Shown here: positions 1 to 9,543 of the stretch, in pieces
Position numbering within the stretch: position 1 is the first letter of the stretch
Layout of the letters: each line of letters begins with the position of its first letter
Virus record (IMG/VR): IMGVR_UViG_3300009177_000030
Location: 1-64,000 of that record
Length of the DNA stretch: 64,000 bases
Direction: 5' to 3' (one strand)
Source of the DNA: a virus
Program-made: the position numbers and the translations under genes
The notes under the pieces: model-generated
Databases searched by the model: none
Told to the model about the DNA's origin: nothing
The model's input: only the letters and a program-made list of their open reading frames with translations

Positions 1-33
1 AGGAATCGGCGACCAGCGATTGGCTAGACTGAC

Positions 34-234
34 ATGCCCAAGAAAACCCCCGAACTCCCACCCATCGACCGCCGTTTGAAATCTCTCTACGCGCTGGTGA
101 GATCCGCGAACTTCATCGGCAAGCCAACTGATCCCGAAGTATTCAACGAGATGTTCGGCGTGGTTGGCCTGTTGAACAAGCGGATTGAGTTCTTGAAAGA
201 GTTGAGGAAGAAGATTGAGGAGAAGCCGAAGTGA
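34..234 (+). CDS. Hypothetical protein
   Basis: ORF with GTGA overlap to the next gene. Confidence 0.6.
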   Translation: MPKKTPELPPIDRRLKSLYALVRSANFIGKPTDPEVFNEMFGVVGLLNKRIEFLKELRKKIEEKPK

Positions 235-584
235 GTGAGCCGGTTTATGTCAGCCAGTTCCCCGAATACAAACCCAGCGACTTCTGGATTGACTACCGCG
301 AAGTGGATCGCGTTGCAGCTCCGAGTTTTTGGGAGATCCCGGGAAAAGCGCAACAGTTGATTAAACAACTTCCGATGGATGCTGACCCAGAGTTCGTGGC
401 CGAAGTTCGCGAAGCGGCTGCCGGTCGTTTGACTCCGAAGGAATATACGACGTGGGATCAGGTTATGGTCTGCCGCAAGCGTTGGCCGCGCGTTGAAATT
501 ACGGGCCTGAAATTCACAGGATTCGGTCGTGAGATTTTAGTCGGGCCGTCGCGAAGAGTTCCGCTCATGGAGGAGCAATATTAG
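231..584 (+). CDS. Hypothetical protein
   Basis: GAGGAG RBS upstream, coupled to the previous ORF. Confidence 0.65.
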   Translation: MSEPVYVSQFPEYKPSDFWIDYREVDRVAAPSFWEIPGKAQQLIKQLPMDADPEFVAEVREAAAGRLTPKEYTTWDQVMVCRKRWPRVEITGLKFTGFGREILVGPSRRVPLMEEQY

Positions 585-585
585 C

Positions 586-891
586 ATGTACGCCACCACC
601 CCAGTAATCGCGCAGGAATTTCAGGACAAAGAAGTGACGTATGCGAAGGTTTCATCAGTCCATACACCCCTCCCGACAGTAAAACGTTCTGATGGGATCA
701 TTCTCTCCAGGTGGAAACTCAACGCCGAAGAGCGCATGGCAGTCGCTGGTGGGGCTGACATTTTCCTATACGTATGGACAGATAATAGTTTTCTGCAGCC
801 CATCCGGCTGGAGGTGGCCGAGGCGGACAGATCGCTAATCGAAACCGCCGAATTCATGGGCCTTATGTCCGACACACTCGAAAAAGGATAA
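586..891 (+). CDS. Hypothetical phage protein
   Basis: GGAGGAG RBS; PLP...SRWKL..EER...IFLYV...QPI pattern typical of a phage hypothetical family. Confidence 0.7.
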   Translation: MYATTPVIAQEFQDKEVTYAKVSSVHTPLPTVKRSDGIILSRWKLNAEERMAVAGGADIFLYVWTDNSFLQPIRLEVAEADRSLIETAEFMGLMSDTLEKG

Positions 892-900
892 TATAGTCTT

Positions 901-1056
901 ATGCCGTCAGCCGAGGAAAAAACAGCAGAGCGCAATCTTGTCATTGATCGCGTTACCCAAGAAATCGTCCGCATCCTGCGCGACTCTGGCATGTCAAAAT
1001 TTGAAATGCAGACCGTCATTGAAAAAGCAGATCTCATCATCGAGATAGAGGAATAA
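901..1056 (+). CDS. Small hypothetical protein (51 aa, below track cutoff)
   Basis: ATG 901 to TAA 1056 fills the gap exactly (MPSAEEKTAERNLVIDRV...). Confidence 0.55.
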   Translation: MPSAEEKTAERNLVIDRVTQEIVRILRDSGMSKFEMQTVIEKADLIIEIEE

Positions 1057-1058
1057 CC

Positions 1059-1307
1059 ATGCCCGCAATACAAGCACCCCTAAAGCCAGCCGCACCCGTA
1101 GCGGTCGCCGCACCCCCTCCGCTACCGCCGCCATTCAAAACAGGCTGCGAGTTCGAAGAGCACGCCGATGGAACGTCGACGGTCGTGTTCACTATGACTG
1201 CAGATGCCACGCAAAAGCTCAAGCGCCAAGCCGGCACGATGGAAATAAAGTCGTTCCTGTGGGATAAGCGCGGGCTCAAGCATTTTGAGCATCAGCCGAT
1301 CGTTTAA
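1059..1307 (+). CDS. Hypothetical protein
   Basis: GAGGA RBS, in operon. Confidence 0.6.
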   Translation: MPAIQAPLKPAAPVAVAAPPPLPPPFKTGCEFEEHADGTSTVVFTMTADATQKLKRQAGTMEIKSFLWDKRGLKHFEHQPIV

Positions 1308-1451
1308 ATTTATGACTGAGGATGTTTCAGCAGATTTAAACCGCGTCACTGAGGAGTTTCTTGGTGGTACGCCAGAGTCCCGTTTGATCGAAACGATGGA
1401 TGCTGTGGACCGTGGATACAAGTTCCTGAAATACTCGATTCGTGAGGAAAT

Positions 1452-1931
1452 ATGCCCAACCTCGTAAACTCTGCCAACATCTCTGGTCGCCGTACGCGCG
1501 TCCTCTGGTGGTGCGGCCAATGCGGTGAACAGAACCCCGGGGAGGCGCGCTACTGTAGCAAGTGCCACCGTGACACCATCGAGCGCCACGCCCAACCCCA
1601 TGCGTCAGAGCGCGCCGTGGTCTACCGTCACCCAGTCACAGGAGAGATCCGGCGCCCAGCCCGAGCAGGCGAACCCATGTCACCTGTGTATGCGGCACAG
1701 GGCTACGTCCGCGAAGAGATCATGAGTATGATCCAGCATGAGAAGGAAACTGGGTCGGTACACGAAGCATCGAACTTCACCAGCGGCAACGAACCCATGC
1801 CCGAGGAACGCTTCGAAACCCCCAAAGCCCCGAAAGAAGTCGTGAATGCGATCATCGACGACTGGCGGGCGGCGAATCAGAGCGGTGATTGGACAATGGA
1901 GACTCCTTTGGTGGATGGGCCGGCGGAATGA
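1452..1931 (+). CDS. Zinc-ribbon protein of the packaging region
   Basis: CGQC and CSKC pairs; GAGGA RBS; upstream of portal. Confidence 0.65.
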   Translation: MPNLVNSANISGRRTRVLWWCGQCGEQNPGEARYCSKCHRDTIERHAQPHASERAVVYRHPVTGEIRRPARAGEPMSPVYAAQGYVREEIMSMIQHEKETGSVHEASNFTSGNEPMPEERFETPKAPKEVVNAIIDDWRAANQSGDWTMETPLVDGPAE

Positions 1932-1978
1932 TACCGTAACTGCTCCTAAGTGTAGTAAACTCCACATATGGTCTCAAC

Positions 1979-2341
1979 GTGCAAGTAACCCATCTGGCAG
2001 TTCAAACTGTCCAGGCGGTTCCTACGGTTACGCTACTCGACATGCTGCATGTTCAGGCTCTATGGCTTTGGAATCATTCAGCCATAGTCGCTGCCGTTGT
2101 GGGTGGCGCGTGGAAACTGTTCAAGTCCATCAAACACCTGCCAGAAAAAATTACCGGTCCAATCTCAGCCCGCATGGACGCACACGAGAAACTGGACAAT
2201 GAGCGGGAAGAGCACGTGAAGCGGGCGCTGGTTGATGCCCGTGATATCGCCGACGAAAAATGGAACGCGATGAAGGTATCGATTGATCAGATCAACATAA
2301 ACCTGAGCCGCTTGATGCGCGGTGGAGATGCGGCGGATTAA
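1979..2341 (+). CDS. Membrane-anchored coiled-coil protein (holin/lysis-like)
   Basis: One hydrophobic segment followed by a charged helical tail; start codon uncertain. Confidence 0.5.
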   Translation: MQVTHLAVQTVQAVPTVTLLDMLHVQALWLWNHSAIVAAVVGGAWKLFKSIKHLPEKITGPISARMDAHEKLDNEREEHVKRALVDARDIADEKWNAMKVSIDQININLSRLMRGGDAAD

Positions 2342-2403
2342 CTGGCAGTGGATGCCGGGCGGATTAAAGGGCAGCGATGCTGCTGATTAAAGGTGCGGAT
2401 TAA
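2321..2403 (+). repeat. Four tandem degenerate units ending GC(G/T)GATTAA, copies of the 3' end of gene 1979..2341
   Basis: GGTGGAGATGCGGCGGATTAA / CTGGCAGTGGATGCCGGGCGGATTAA / AGGGCAGCGATGCTGCTGATTAA / AGGTGCGGATTAA. Confidence 0.85.
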
Positions 2404-2577
2404 ATTCATCCATTTGTGAAATAATGCGGTTAATGGACCGCGGGGAAAAAATCGGACTGGCGATCGCCGCGGCAATCTGGACGGTCAACGGAATTATTTC
2501 AGGAACGAAGGCCTGGGGTTCCGGTGCGGTGAAAAAACTTGCTGAAAAGGTCAAGGGCTTTTTTAAGAGAACTTCGA

Positions 2578-2757
2578 ATGAAACCAATTGATACGAAACC
2601 GCTGACTCCCATTCCCCACAAGCACAAAGGGCCGGCGGATAAGCCTTGTGCGACGTGTGGGTTTCTGAAGGGCCACTCGGTGCATGCGGAAGATGATCCT
2701 CTTCCGGCGCCAGATCCGCCTCCTGAAGGCGGGGGCACATATCCCCCTGGACAGTAA
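2578..2757 (+). CDS. Small Pro-rich peptide with CxxC
   Basis: ATG 2578; TAATG overlap with the downstream membrane protein gene. Confidence 0.55.
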   Translation: MKPIDTKPLTPIPHKHKGPADKPCATCGFLKGHSVHAEDDPLPAPDPPPEGGGTYPPGQ

Positions 2758-3323
2758 TGCTTCGTGAGATCTGGATCGTCTCTCTGGCAGTCCGCTTTAT
2801 CGCCGTCCTGATCGGATTCCACCGCGCGCAGCGGCATTGGACCGTATGGGCGGCATTTTACTTACTGACCGGCATTGGGCTTCGCGCTTTGGACATATTT
2901 CGCCTGTGGCCTAACGATTACGCCTATCTGTGGTACGGGCAACAGATCGGCTCCACTTTACTCTTGGGTTTCCTCGTTTCCAAACTGATCCACCCGACTG
3001 AGATGCTGGTCCAGATATCTGCCTTGGCAGCGCTTGTAGCTACCGCAGTGATCTCTCAAGCGAATCACTGGCCCAGCAGCCCAACAGAGACCGTAATGTG
3101 GGGTTGCGGTACTGTTACGTTGGCGATGGGGATCATTTCGGTTATTGGTTCCAGGGAAGTCACCAGTGCTATATTGGCCGGCTTCCTGATTCTCTACTCC
3201 GCACTGATGCTGGCCGGTGCCGACTACCTGAACAGCGTGAATCTCGGGATTGCGTGGTCAGTTCTTGAGATCGTGGCGTTCGGGGCGTGGGGAATTTCGT
3301 TCCTGATTAACCGCGAGTCATAA
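2757..3323 (+). CDS. Multipass membrane protein (about 6-7 TM)
   Basis: Successive hydrophobic segments across all 188 aa. Confidence 0.75.
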   Translation: MLREIWIVSLAVRFIAVLIGFHRAQRHWTVWAAFYLLTGIGLRALDIFRLWPNDYAYLWYGQQIGSTLLLGFLVSKLIHPTEMLVQISALAALVATAVISQANHWPSSPTETVMWGCGTVTLAMGIISVIGSREVTSAILAGFLILYSALMLAGADYLNSVNLGIAWSVLEIVAFGAWGISFLINRES

Positions 3324-3879
3324 CGAATTTGTGTTTCGCGAATGAACCGACCATCAACGCTCCGAGTTCGAGCATCTCCGAATGCGTCCTCGTGTGCGCT
3401 CCCGCTTTTCTTGCGACCATACGGCCATTGATCTGATACGTTCGTTCCGGCTTCGTCTTTCCCGCGTAGTGCCAGTTGTCGGCCTTGTAGATCGCCCCAG
3501 TGTGTCCGCGCCATTCGTCGGCGTACGTGACAAGGCACGGCCATGTCTCAGCCGGGATAAGGCGTCTGGAACGCGCAAGCAGAAACGTACAGGCATTAGC
3601 TGGAACCTCAGGGCGAATCGCCAACCGCGATAACGCGAGAACACCTTTCCAGTTCGCCGGGTATGTTGCTTCAGCTGCGCTTCGTGTTGGTGGAATCCAC
3701 CAAGCCACGCCAACGCATTGCTCTTGGAAGATATCACCCTCCCGAAACAGTCCATGTAAGTACGTAGCCGTGTTGCTGGCACCGGCAGCGTAGTGCTCAG
3801 CCTCAACCAAACGACGGGCGACAGCGATGTCTACATCGCGAACTACCCAGTCGGATTTGTGGAGGCGGGGATCACTCAT
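3307..3879 (-). CDS. mom: Mom-like adenine-modification protein (GNAT fold)
   Basis: EHY...GLF...VGVA...LSRL...P.NACTFLL...LVTYAD...GHTGAIYKADNW.Y.G matches the Mu Mom family pattern. Confidence 0.8.
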   Translation of the reverse strand: MSDPRLHKSDWVVRDVDIAVARRLVEAEHYAAGASNTATYLHGLFREGDIFQEQCVGVAWWIPPTRSAAEATYPANWKGVLALSRLAIRPEVPANACTFLLARSRRLIPAETWPCLVTYADEWRGHTGAIYKADNWHYAGKTKPERTYQINGRMVARKAGAHTRTHSEMLELGALMVGSFAKHKFVMTRG

Positions 3880-4661
3880 TCAGGATGCCGTTCAAGCCCA
3901 ACAAGAGCATCTTCTGGCTTCATGCCTTTGTTGTGAATACGCCAATACAGAGTGGCATAGCGCACCACCCGATTAAGCCGGGCATACTCTCTTACGGTCA
4001 TATAGCGACCCTCAAAAAACACATACTGTCCATAGTTTTCCGATTTAGATGCTTCCTCCAGCGATGCCCCGTTCTTCCATCGGTAATAGAAGGTCTGGTA
4101 GTTAATGCCTGAAGCGTCGGCGATCTGCCGAAGGGTACGCATCTCTCCCCAAAACAAAAACTTCTGACTCGTGCATCTGTTATTTCCTTGTTCTTTTACG
4201 GTCGCCCAATAGCAGTTGTCGGGAGCGTAGTCGCCGTCGTTGTTGCGCCGTTCAATAGAATGCTTTTTGGACGGGCGAGGCCCCATGTCGGCCAGGAAGC
4301 TCTCATATGATTCGAGCCAGCGCTCGCAGACTTTGATTCCACGCCCACCGTAACGCGGCCATGAAGGTTGATTGGGATTCAGGCATCTGGTTTTGATTGC
4401 CCCCCAGCACGCGAACTCTGGCGTACCTGTGGCTCCGTGAGTTTTGTTGGTGGGGTTTTCTTTTGCAAGACAACCACACGACCGAGTTGTTCCGGCCCTA
4501 AGGTTTCCATAGATAACGACCTTTTCCGTTCCACAATCACAGCGGCATTTGTACAAGTACTGAATAGATCCGCCCGGCGACCTTCTTTCTCTATCGAAGC
4601 CTAACACCGTGAATCTGTTAAACTTTACGCCGGGTTGAAGTATGCTGTGTTTAGGTCGCAT
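3876..4661 (-). CDS. HNH-like homing endonuclease with C-terminal DNA-binding repeats
   Basis: CRCDCG, SCGC, YGGRGIKVCERW, SIERRNNDGDYAPDNCYWAT..EQ.NN motifs. Confidence 0.85.
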   Translation of the reverse strand: MRPKHSILQPGVKFNRFTVLGFDRERRSPGGSIQYLYKCRCDCGTEKVVIYGNLRAGTTRSCGCLAKENPTNKTHGATGTPEFACWGAIKTRCLNPNQPSWPRYGGRGIKVCERWLESYESFLADMGPRPSKKHSIERRNNDGDYAPDNCYWATVKEQGNNRCTSQKFLFWGEMRTLRQIADASGINYQTFYYRWKNGASLEEASKSENYGQYVFFEGRYMTVREYARLNRVVRYATLYWRIHNKGMKPEDALVGLERHPE

Positions 4662-4690
4662 GTTTCATTGTAATCGACAAAACGATTTTT

Positions 4691-6742
4691 ATGCCAGATA
4701 ATTTTGACCTTCCGCCATTAAAAGATGACTCCGCCGAACCGGACACAACCGAGTTCAATATCATTCAATGGTGCGACTCTCGTCTGAAGCGCGGACAAGA
4801 ATTTTTGACCAGCCAGATCGGCTACAACCTGATCAGTTCTGCGATCGATAGTATCTGGTCTAACGAGAAAGGCAACAACGTCTCCTACGCCCCGATGGCG
4901 AAGTCGGGTCTGAGCAAAACAAGTTGTAATTTAATTCCGAAAATTTCTGAAGACCTGACAGCCCAACTCACCGACACCCGCTATTTCTGGAACTACCAGA
5001 CCCAAAACCCGAAGTATCAAAAACAGGCCGAAAATTCCAACAAAGAGGCCGAGCACTGGTACAACAACCGCCAGATAGACCTTCGCATCGCCGACGTCAT
5101 CCGCGACTACACCGTAGCTGGCACCGGCGTGGCCCACCACTACTATTCCCGCCAGTTGAATGACCTGATGCTCGAGCGGGAAGATCCGCGGAACGTCTAT
5201 CCGATCGATCCGATCAGTTATCACACGTTCCAGGACTGCAAAGGCGTCATTGTACGTCGTGCGCGCACTCCGGACTGGGTAAAAGAGGAATTCAATAAAG
5301 TCGTTAAGCCAGATACCGGTGGAAACGTCGGCAGCGGCTTCTTTGGCTGGATACAGCGCGTCATTGAAGGACCCGGAGAGCGTGGTGGACCGCTTTCGAA
5401 GCGTTCGAAGGCTGACTCTGCAATTCCCGGCAGTCCTACCGTATTCGTCAACACGATGTACCTGCGGGATATGCGGGTCAACAAGACCGGCAAGACCGTG
5501 CGCATGGGTCCGTGGGAAGAAGTCGACGTACCGGGCACGCCTGGGTCACTGGGAACGTACAACCCCGATACCGCGCAGATGGAAAATCAGGTTCTCCCGA
5601 CTCCGCCGTCGAAAAAGTGGCAGGCTGAAACGCCATGGTCCTACGAAGTGCCGCCGGGAGCACCTCTGTACCCATTCCACCGCATGATTGTCTGGGGCGG
5701 CGGCGCGCTGCTCTATGACGGGCCGTCTCCGTACTGGCACGCGAAGTTCCCGCTGATTAAATTCACCCTGAACCCGCAAAATGGCTCGTGGTTCGGCAAG
5801 GCTCCGCTCTGGGACTGTCTGCCACTGCAGAACTCCATGAATGCGAATCTCCGCGTCATTGACGACCATGCGGCGAAGGTAGCTCAGCCGGCGATCATCG
5901 GGGATCGCAACGTTTCGAAAGCAGAAATGCAGAAAGCGGACTCCCGGGCGCCGGGCATGAAGATCCGCACCAACATGGCTTCGGGTAAGGGGATTCAGAT
6001 TGTGAATCCGGGGATGCTCGATCCGATTATTTGGGAGATTATTAAGTTCTGTATTGAGCAGATGCAGAAGATTGCGGGGACGTTTGATGCGTCGTCGATG
6101 GCGGGGCTGGCGCAGATCCCGAGTGACGATACTATCGACACGATTATGAAGACCATGACCCCGGCTACGCGGTTGCGGTCGAGAATATTAGAGGGGGCAT
6201 ATAAAGATTTAGCCGAGTTCCAATTATATGGAATGTACCAATTCGATACGATTTCCAAGCGTGTTGCGATGCTAGGACCCTCGGCGGTCACCCGCGAGGA
6301 CTTTGATTTTGCGGCAGGTACTCAGATTCCTGATGACGTTCCAGATGGTGAGCCAGGGGACATTGCGGGATTCGAAAACGCCCTTGGGATGGACAACCCG
6401 CGTCCGCTGTACTTGCGTGCGCGTGCGATGCTGATGTCGTTCGCGTGCAAGTTCGATCCGTCTTCGCTTTTGAACTCAGCCGGGCAAGCCGAGCTGATGA
6501 AATTTTTTATGATGGCGAAAATGGGCTACTGCTCCGTGTTCACTTTGTGGGACAAAATGGGCATCCTTGCTACGTGTATCCCTCCCGGCCTTAGTGTGCC
6601 GCCCGACGAACTGGGAAGGCTTGCATTACAGCAACAGCTAGGGATTGGGCTTATCGCAAATGCGCAAGGGCGCAAGGCGACCGACCAGACGGCTCCATCT
6701 ATGGGCCAGAGCGGTAATGGTCCGATCATCCAGACTTCTTGA
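4691..6742 (+). CDS. Portal protein
   Basis: 683 aa, position before scaffold/capsid, P22/N4-like portal features (GTGV, DP..VYPIDP, FG...LPLQ..MN). Confidence 0.8.
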   Translation: MPDNFDLPPLKDDSAEPDTTEFNIIQWCDSRLKRGQEFLTSQIGYNLISSAIDSIWSNEKGNNVSYAPMAKSGLSKTSCNLIPKISEDLTAQLTDTRYFWNYQTQNPKYQKQAENSNKEAEHWYNNRQIDLRIADVIRDYTVAGTGVAHHYYSRQLNDLMLEREDPRNVYPIDPISYHTFQDCKGVIVRRARTPDWVKEEFNKVVKPDTGGNVGSGFFGWIQRVIEGPGERGGPLSKRSKADSAIPGSPTVFVNTMYLRDMRVNKTGKTVRMGPWEEVDVPGTPGSLGTYNPDTAQMENQVLPTPPSKKWQAETPWSYEVPPGAPLYPFHRMIVWGGGALLYDGPSPYWHAKFPLIKFTLNPQNGSWFGKAPLWDCLPLQNSMNANLRVIDDHAAKVAQPAIIGDRNVSKAEMQKADSRAPGMKIRTNMASGKGIQIVNPGMLDPIIWEIIKFCIEQMQKIAGTFDASSMAGLAQIPSDDTIDTIMKTMTPATRLRSRILEGAYKDLAEFQLYGMYQFDTISKRVAMLGPSAVTREDFDFAAGTQIPDDVPDGEPGDIAGFENALGMDNPRPLYLRARAMLMSFACKFDPSSLLNSAGQAELMKFFMMAKMGYCSVFTLWDKMGILATCIPPGLSVPPDELGRLALQQQLGIGLIANAQGRKATDQTAPSMGQSGNGPIIQTS

Positions 6743-6997
6743 GACATAAGGCGCTGGATGGCTACGGGGATGGGTTTCTTGGGGGTGTCGCTCACTCATG
6801 CCTCCGTCCACACTTATCGCACATAGGCGGCTCCATGCATTCATTCGGGCACTGACCGTTCACGTTCTCAGTCCAGCAGTATTCGCAGAGTTTGCCGGGG
6901 ACGTAGCCGTCGAGGTCGGATGGAAGCGTGACATCCAGACAGCGGTTCTCTGGCGCTTCGAACGTGCGGATTAGTTTGGTGGCGATGGATTCTACGC

Positions 6998-7228
6998 TCA
7001 CGAATCCCTCCCAGCCTTAATCAACGCCATAGCCCAATCCCCAGTGCGCTCCGGCGGGTAGATATGAAACCTAAACACCGGATTCTCTCCGAGTTGAATC
7101 AGGAGCGGCATGCCGTTCTTCTCAACGAGGTCTGGATTGAGATCATCTGCGGAATAGAAGCGCTGTTGCGGCATGATCATGCTCAGCAGTTCCTGCCAGG
7201 AGGGTTTGTCGGCGGTGAGGTTGATCAT
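6998..7228 (-). CDS. Hypothetical protein in the antisense insert between portal and head genes
   Basis: ORF coupled (GTGA) to 6792..7001. Confidence 0.5.
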   Translation of the reverse strand: MINLTADKPSWQELLSMIMPQQRFYSADDLNPDLVEKNGMPLLIQLGENPVFRFHIYPPERTGDWAMALIKAGRDS

Positions 7229-7552
7229 GCGTGTAGTGTGTCCCCAGGCGATATCGTATTGCTTAATGCCGTAGCCGTGCTAAGAACGGTAGCCACGATG
7301 TGGCGATCAGCACCGGCAGATTTGAATAAATCAAAAATCTGCTTGGTTAGTATCAGGCACAGATCTAGGCGCTCCTCCGGTGTCTTCACAACCCCATCCC
7401 CCGCAAAACATCCTCAGACAGATGCTGGCCGCAGCAGGTGCAGGTGGCAACGGGGTAGTCGGGAATGGTTATTGTCGGATGGCCGCCGGGCGCATATTCG
7501 CGACAGCGCTCTGGGTATTTAGCTTGAAACTTGCGGACTCTCTCTGCACTGG

Positions 7553-7738
7553 TCATCGCGCGATAAACCACCTTCCACGGAGGCCATTTATTTTTTTCGC
7601 CTTTACTGTGCCGCGCTCAATCCAACGCCACACAGTGCGAACGCAAACACCGTGCTTATTTGCGTATTCTTTCGGGCTTAACCAGTCTGGTCCGGCATTA
7701 TCCCTGTCGAGTTTTATTTTGACCACATCATCGGCCAT
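7553..7738 (-). CDS. Excisionase/MerR-like HTH protein
   Basis: WLSPKEYA...GVCVRTVWRWIERG.VKA.K..G..GRWFI. Confidence 0.75.
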   Translation of the reverse strand: MADDVVKIKLDRDNAGPDWLSPKEYANKHGVCVRTVWRWIERGTVKAKKINGLRGRWFIAR

Positions 7739-7842
7739 ATTTACTCAGCATTATATCATGTCACGTGGCATCAGCGTACATTACTGCACATTGACGTATA
7801 GGTTGTTGACTTGACAGGACTTACAGACTTACCCTCACTCCA

Positions 7843-8076
7843 GTGGCTATGATTGGCAGAATGAGCGGCGCAGATCCTGACCAGGACGGTGCAGGCGGTC
7901 CAGCCAGCGCCTTCGGAAAATCCAGCATCAAGAACGGAAAGTTCCAGGGCGCTAAATCCCTGAAGCCATCCAGCAAAGCCTTCAAAGGCGACAGCGCCGG
8001 GAAATTGAACAAGTCCGGTGCGACGACAAGATCTGAATCACTCGCGCGGTTGCGCGGTAAGGGAGCGCTGGCGTAA
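7843..8076 (+). CDS. Small basic protein (possible internal head protein)
   Basis: Lys/Gly/Ser-rich ORF at the start of the head operon. Confidence 0.55.
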   Translation: MAMIGRMSGADPDQDGAGGPASAFGKSSIKNGKFQGAKSLKPSSKAFKGDSAGKLNKSGATTRSESLARLRGKGALA

Positions 8077-8114
8077 GCGCCTGACTAGCGGTCAGGGGTA
8101 GCCATTTAACACTT

Positions 8115-8261
8115 ATGACTCACAAAGGTTCCATGAAAGCCGGATCAGGCAAGCACAGCATGGGCAAGACCGCCGGTTCGAAGAAGACCACAGGTTTCGC
8201 GAAGCTCGGCGGCGCGATGAGCAAGAAGAACACGATGGACAGCCCGGCGTCCTGTAAATAA
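8115..8261 (+). CDS. Small basic protein (48 aa, below track cutoff)
   Basis: MTHKGSMKAGSGKHSMGKTAGSKKTTGFAKLGGAMSKKNTMDSPASCK. Confidence 0.65.
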   Translation: MTHKGSMKAGSGKHSMGKTAGSKKTTGFAKLGGAMSKKNTMDSPASCK

Positions 8262-8297
8262 ATGGGAACCACGGCTATATTGGCTTCTTGCAAATAA

Positions 8298-8654
8298 ATG
8301 GGATCCGCTGCTCAATTCTCGGCTGGCACCGCGCCACTTCCTCCGCTACCGGATCTGTCCGGCGCGCAGGGGACGCCGCAGGTCGGTCAAGATCCAATGG
8401 CAGCGCTGGTAGCGAATCTGGCACCGGTGAAGCAGGGCGTCGACATGATCATTCAGGGCGCGAAGCAGGTTGTTCAGTCTGGGATGGTTCCAGGCGCAGA
8501 AAATCCATGCGGGCAGATTATCGCCGCAGCGACAGCGTTATTGACGACAGCAGCACAGCAGGCCATGCAGCCGGGGCAGGCAGGACCGCCAGCCGGGCCG
8601 ATGCAAGGGATACCGGGAGGCGCACCACCACCAGCGCCAGGAGCACCGGCGTAA
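8298..8654 (+). CDS. Pro/Ala/Gln-rich head-associated protein
   Basis: Composition and position between portal and scaffold. Confidence 0.6.
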   Translation: MGSAAQFSAGTAPLPPLPDLSGAQGTPQVGQDPMAALVANLAPVKQGVDMIIQGAKQVVQSGMVPGAENPCGQIIAAATALLTTAAQQAMQPGQAGPPAGPMQGIPGGAPPPAPGAPA

Positions 8655-8673
8655 ACCGCCGAGAGAGTAAATT

Positions 8674-9543
8674 ATGAGACCCGAAGATCTTATCGCAATG
8701 TTGACGCAGGGACTGGATCCGGATATCGCCGCCAAGGTGACCGCACAGATCCAGAGCGATGCCGTGAAAACGAAACTCGCTGGCTACAAGGCCCAGTCCG
8801 AATTCGACGCCATCATGACCGAGCGCCAGAAACTTCAGGCTGAACTCGATGGGGACGCCGCCGCCGGGAAACTGAGTGCCCGCGCCACTCGTGAGTGGTA
8901 CGAAAAGAATTCCGCCGCAGTTATCGCCAACGACAAGGCGATCAAGGCGTTCGAAGACAAGCATGGTGCCGGTACGTTCGCGAAACTCGCCGCCGGTGAG
9001 TTTACGATTCCGGCCGCGCCGGGAACGGATCAGACTGCGGCGCTCACGCAGGAACAAATTACAGCGATGGTGGATGCGCGGATCAAGGCCGGTGCGGCTC
9101 CGGCAGTTGCCGAGGCGGATATCCAGCGACTAGTCGATGACCGAATTCAAAAGCAGTATGCTCCGAAGTGGTCTGAGCTACTTGAAGGCACCCTTGCAAT
9201 TTCTCAGAAGCACATGTTTGCGGGCCGCAAGAACGTAATCGATCCCAAGGAACTTTCGAAGATCGCCAACGAGAAAAACATCAGTCTCGAAGCCGCCTAC
9301 GACATCTGGGACGCCCCGGAGCGCCAGAAGGTCGAAGCGGCCAATCGCCAGGCTGAAATCGATGCCGCGATCAAAGCAGAACGCGTTAAGTGGGACGACG
9401 AGCGTGTGAAAGAGAATGCGACCAAGATGTTCCCCGCTGGCGCCGATGCCAGCCCGGGCAGTTTGTTCAAGACCGCGCCGAAGGATTTCGACCCGAACGA
9501 ACTTCGTCGACAGATGGTTCAGGATTTGGCCGCGGTTAACTAA
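8674..9543 (+). CDS. Capsid scaffolding protein
   Basis: Helical, charged, directly upstream of the capsid gene. Confidence 0.7.
   Translation: MRPEDLIAMLTQGLDPDIAAKVTAQIQSDAVKTKLAGYKAQSEFDAIMTERQKLQAELDGDAAAGKLSARATREWYEKNSAAVIANDKAIKAFEDKHGAGTFAKLAAGEFTIPAAPGTDQTAALTQEQITAMVDARIKAGAAPAVAEADIQRLVDDRIQKQYAPKWSELLEGTLAISQKHMFAGRKNVIDPKELSKIANEKNISLEAAYDIWDAPERQKVEAANRQAEIDAAIKAERVKWDDERVKENATKMFPAGADASPGSLFKTAPKDFDPNELRRQMVQDLAAVN

Noticed and set aside
2321-2403. CRISPR-like mini-array (also 9521-9597)
   Set aside because: Units are 13-28 bp, degenerate, lack spacers, mirror gene ends, and no cas genes are present.
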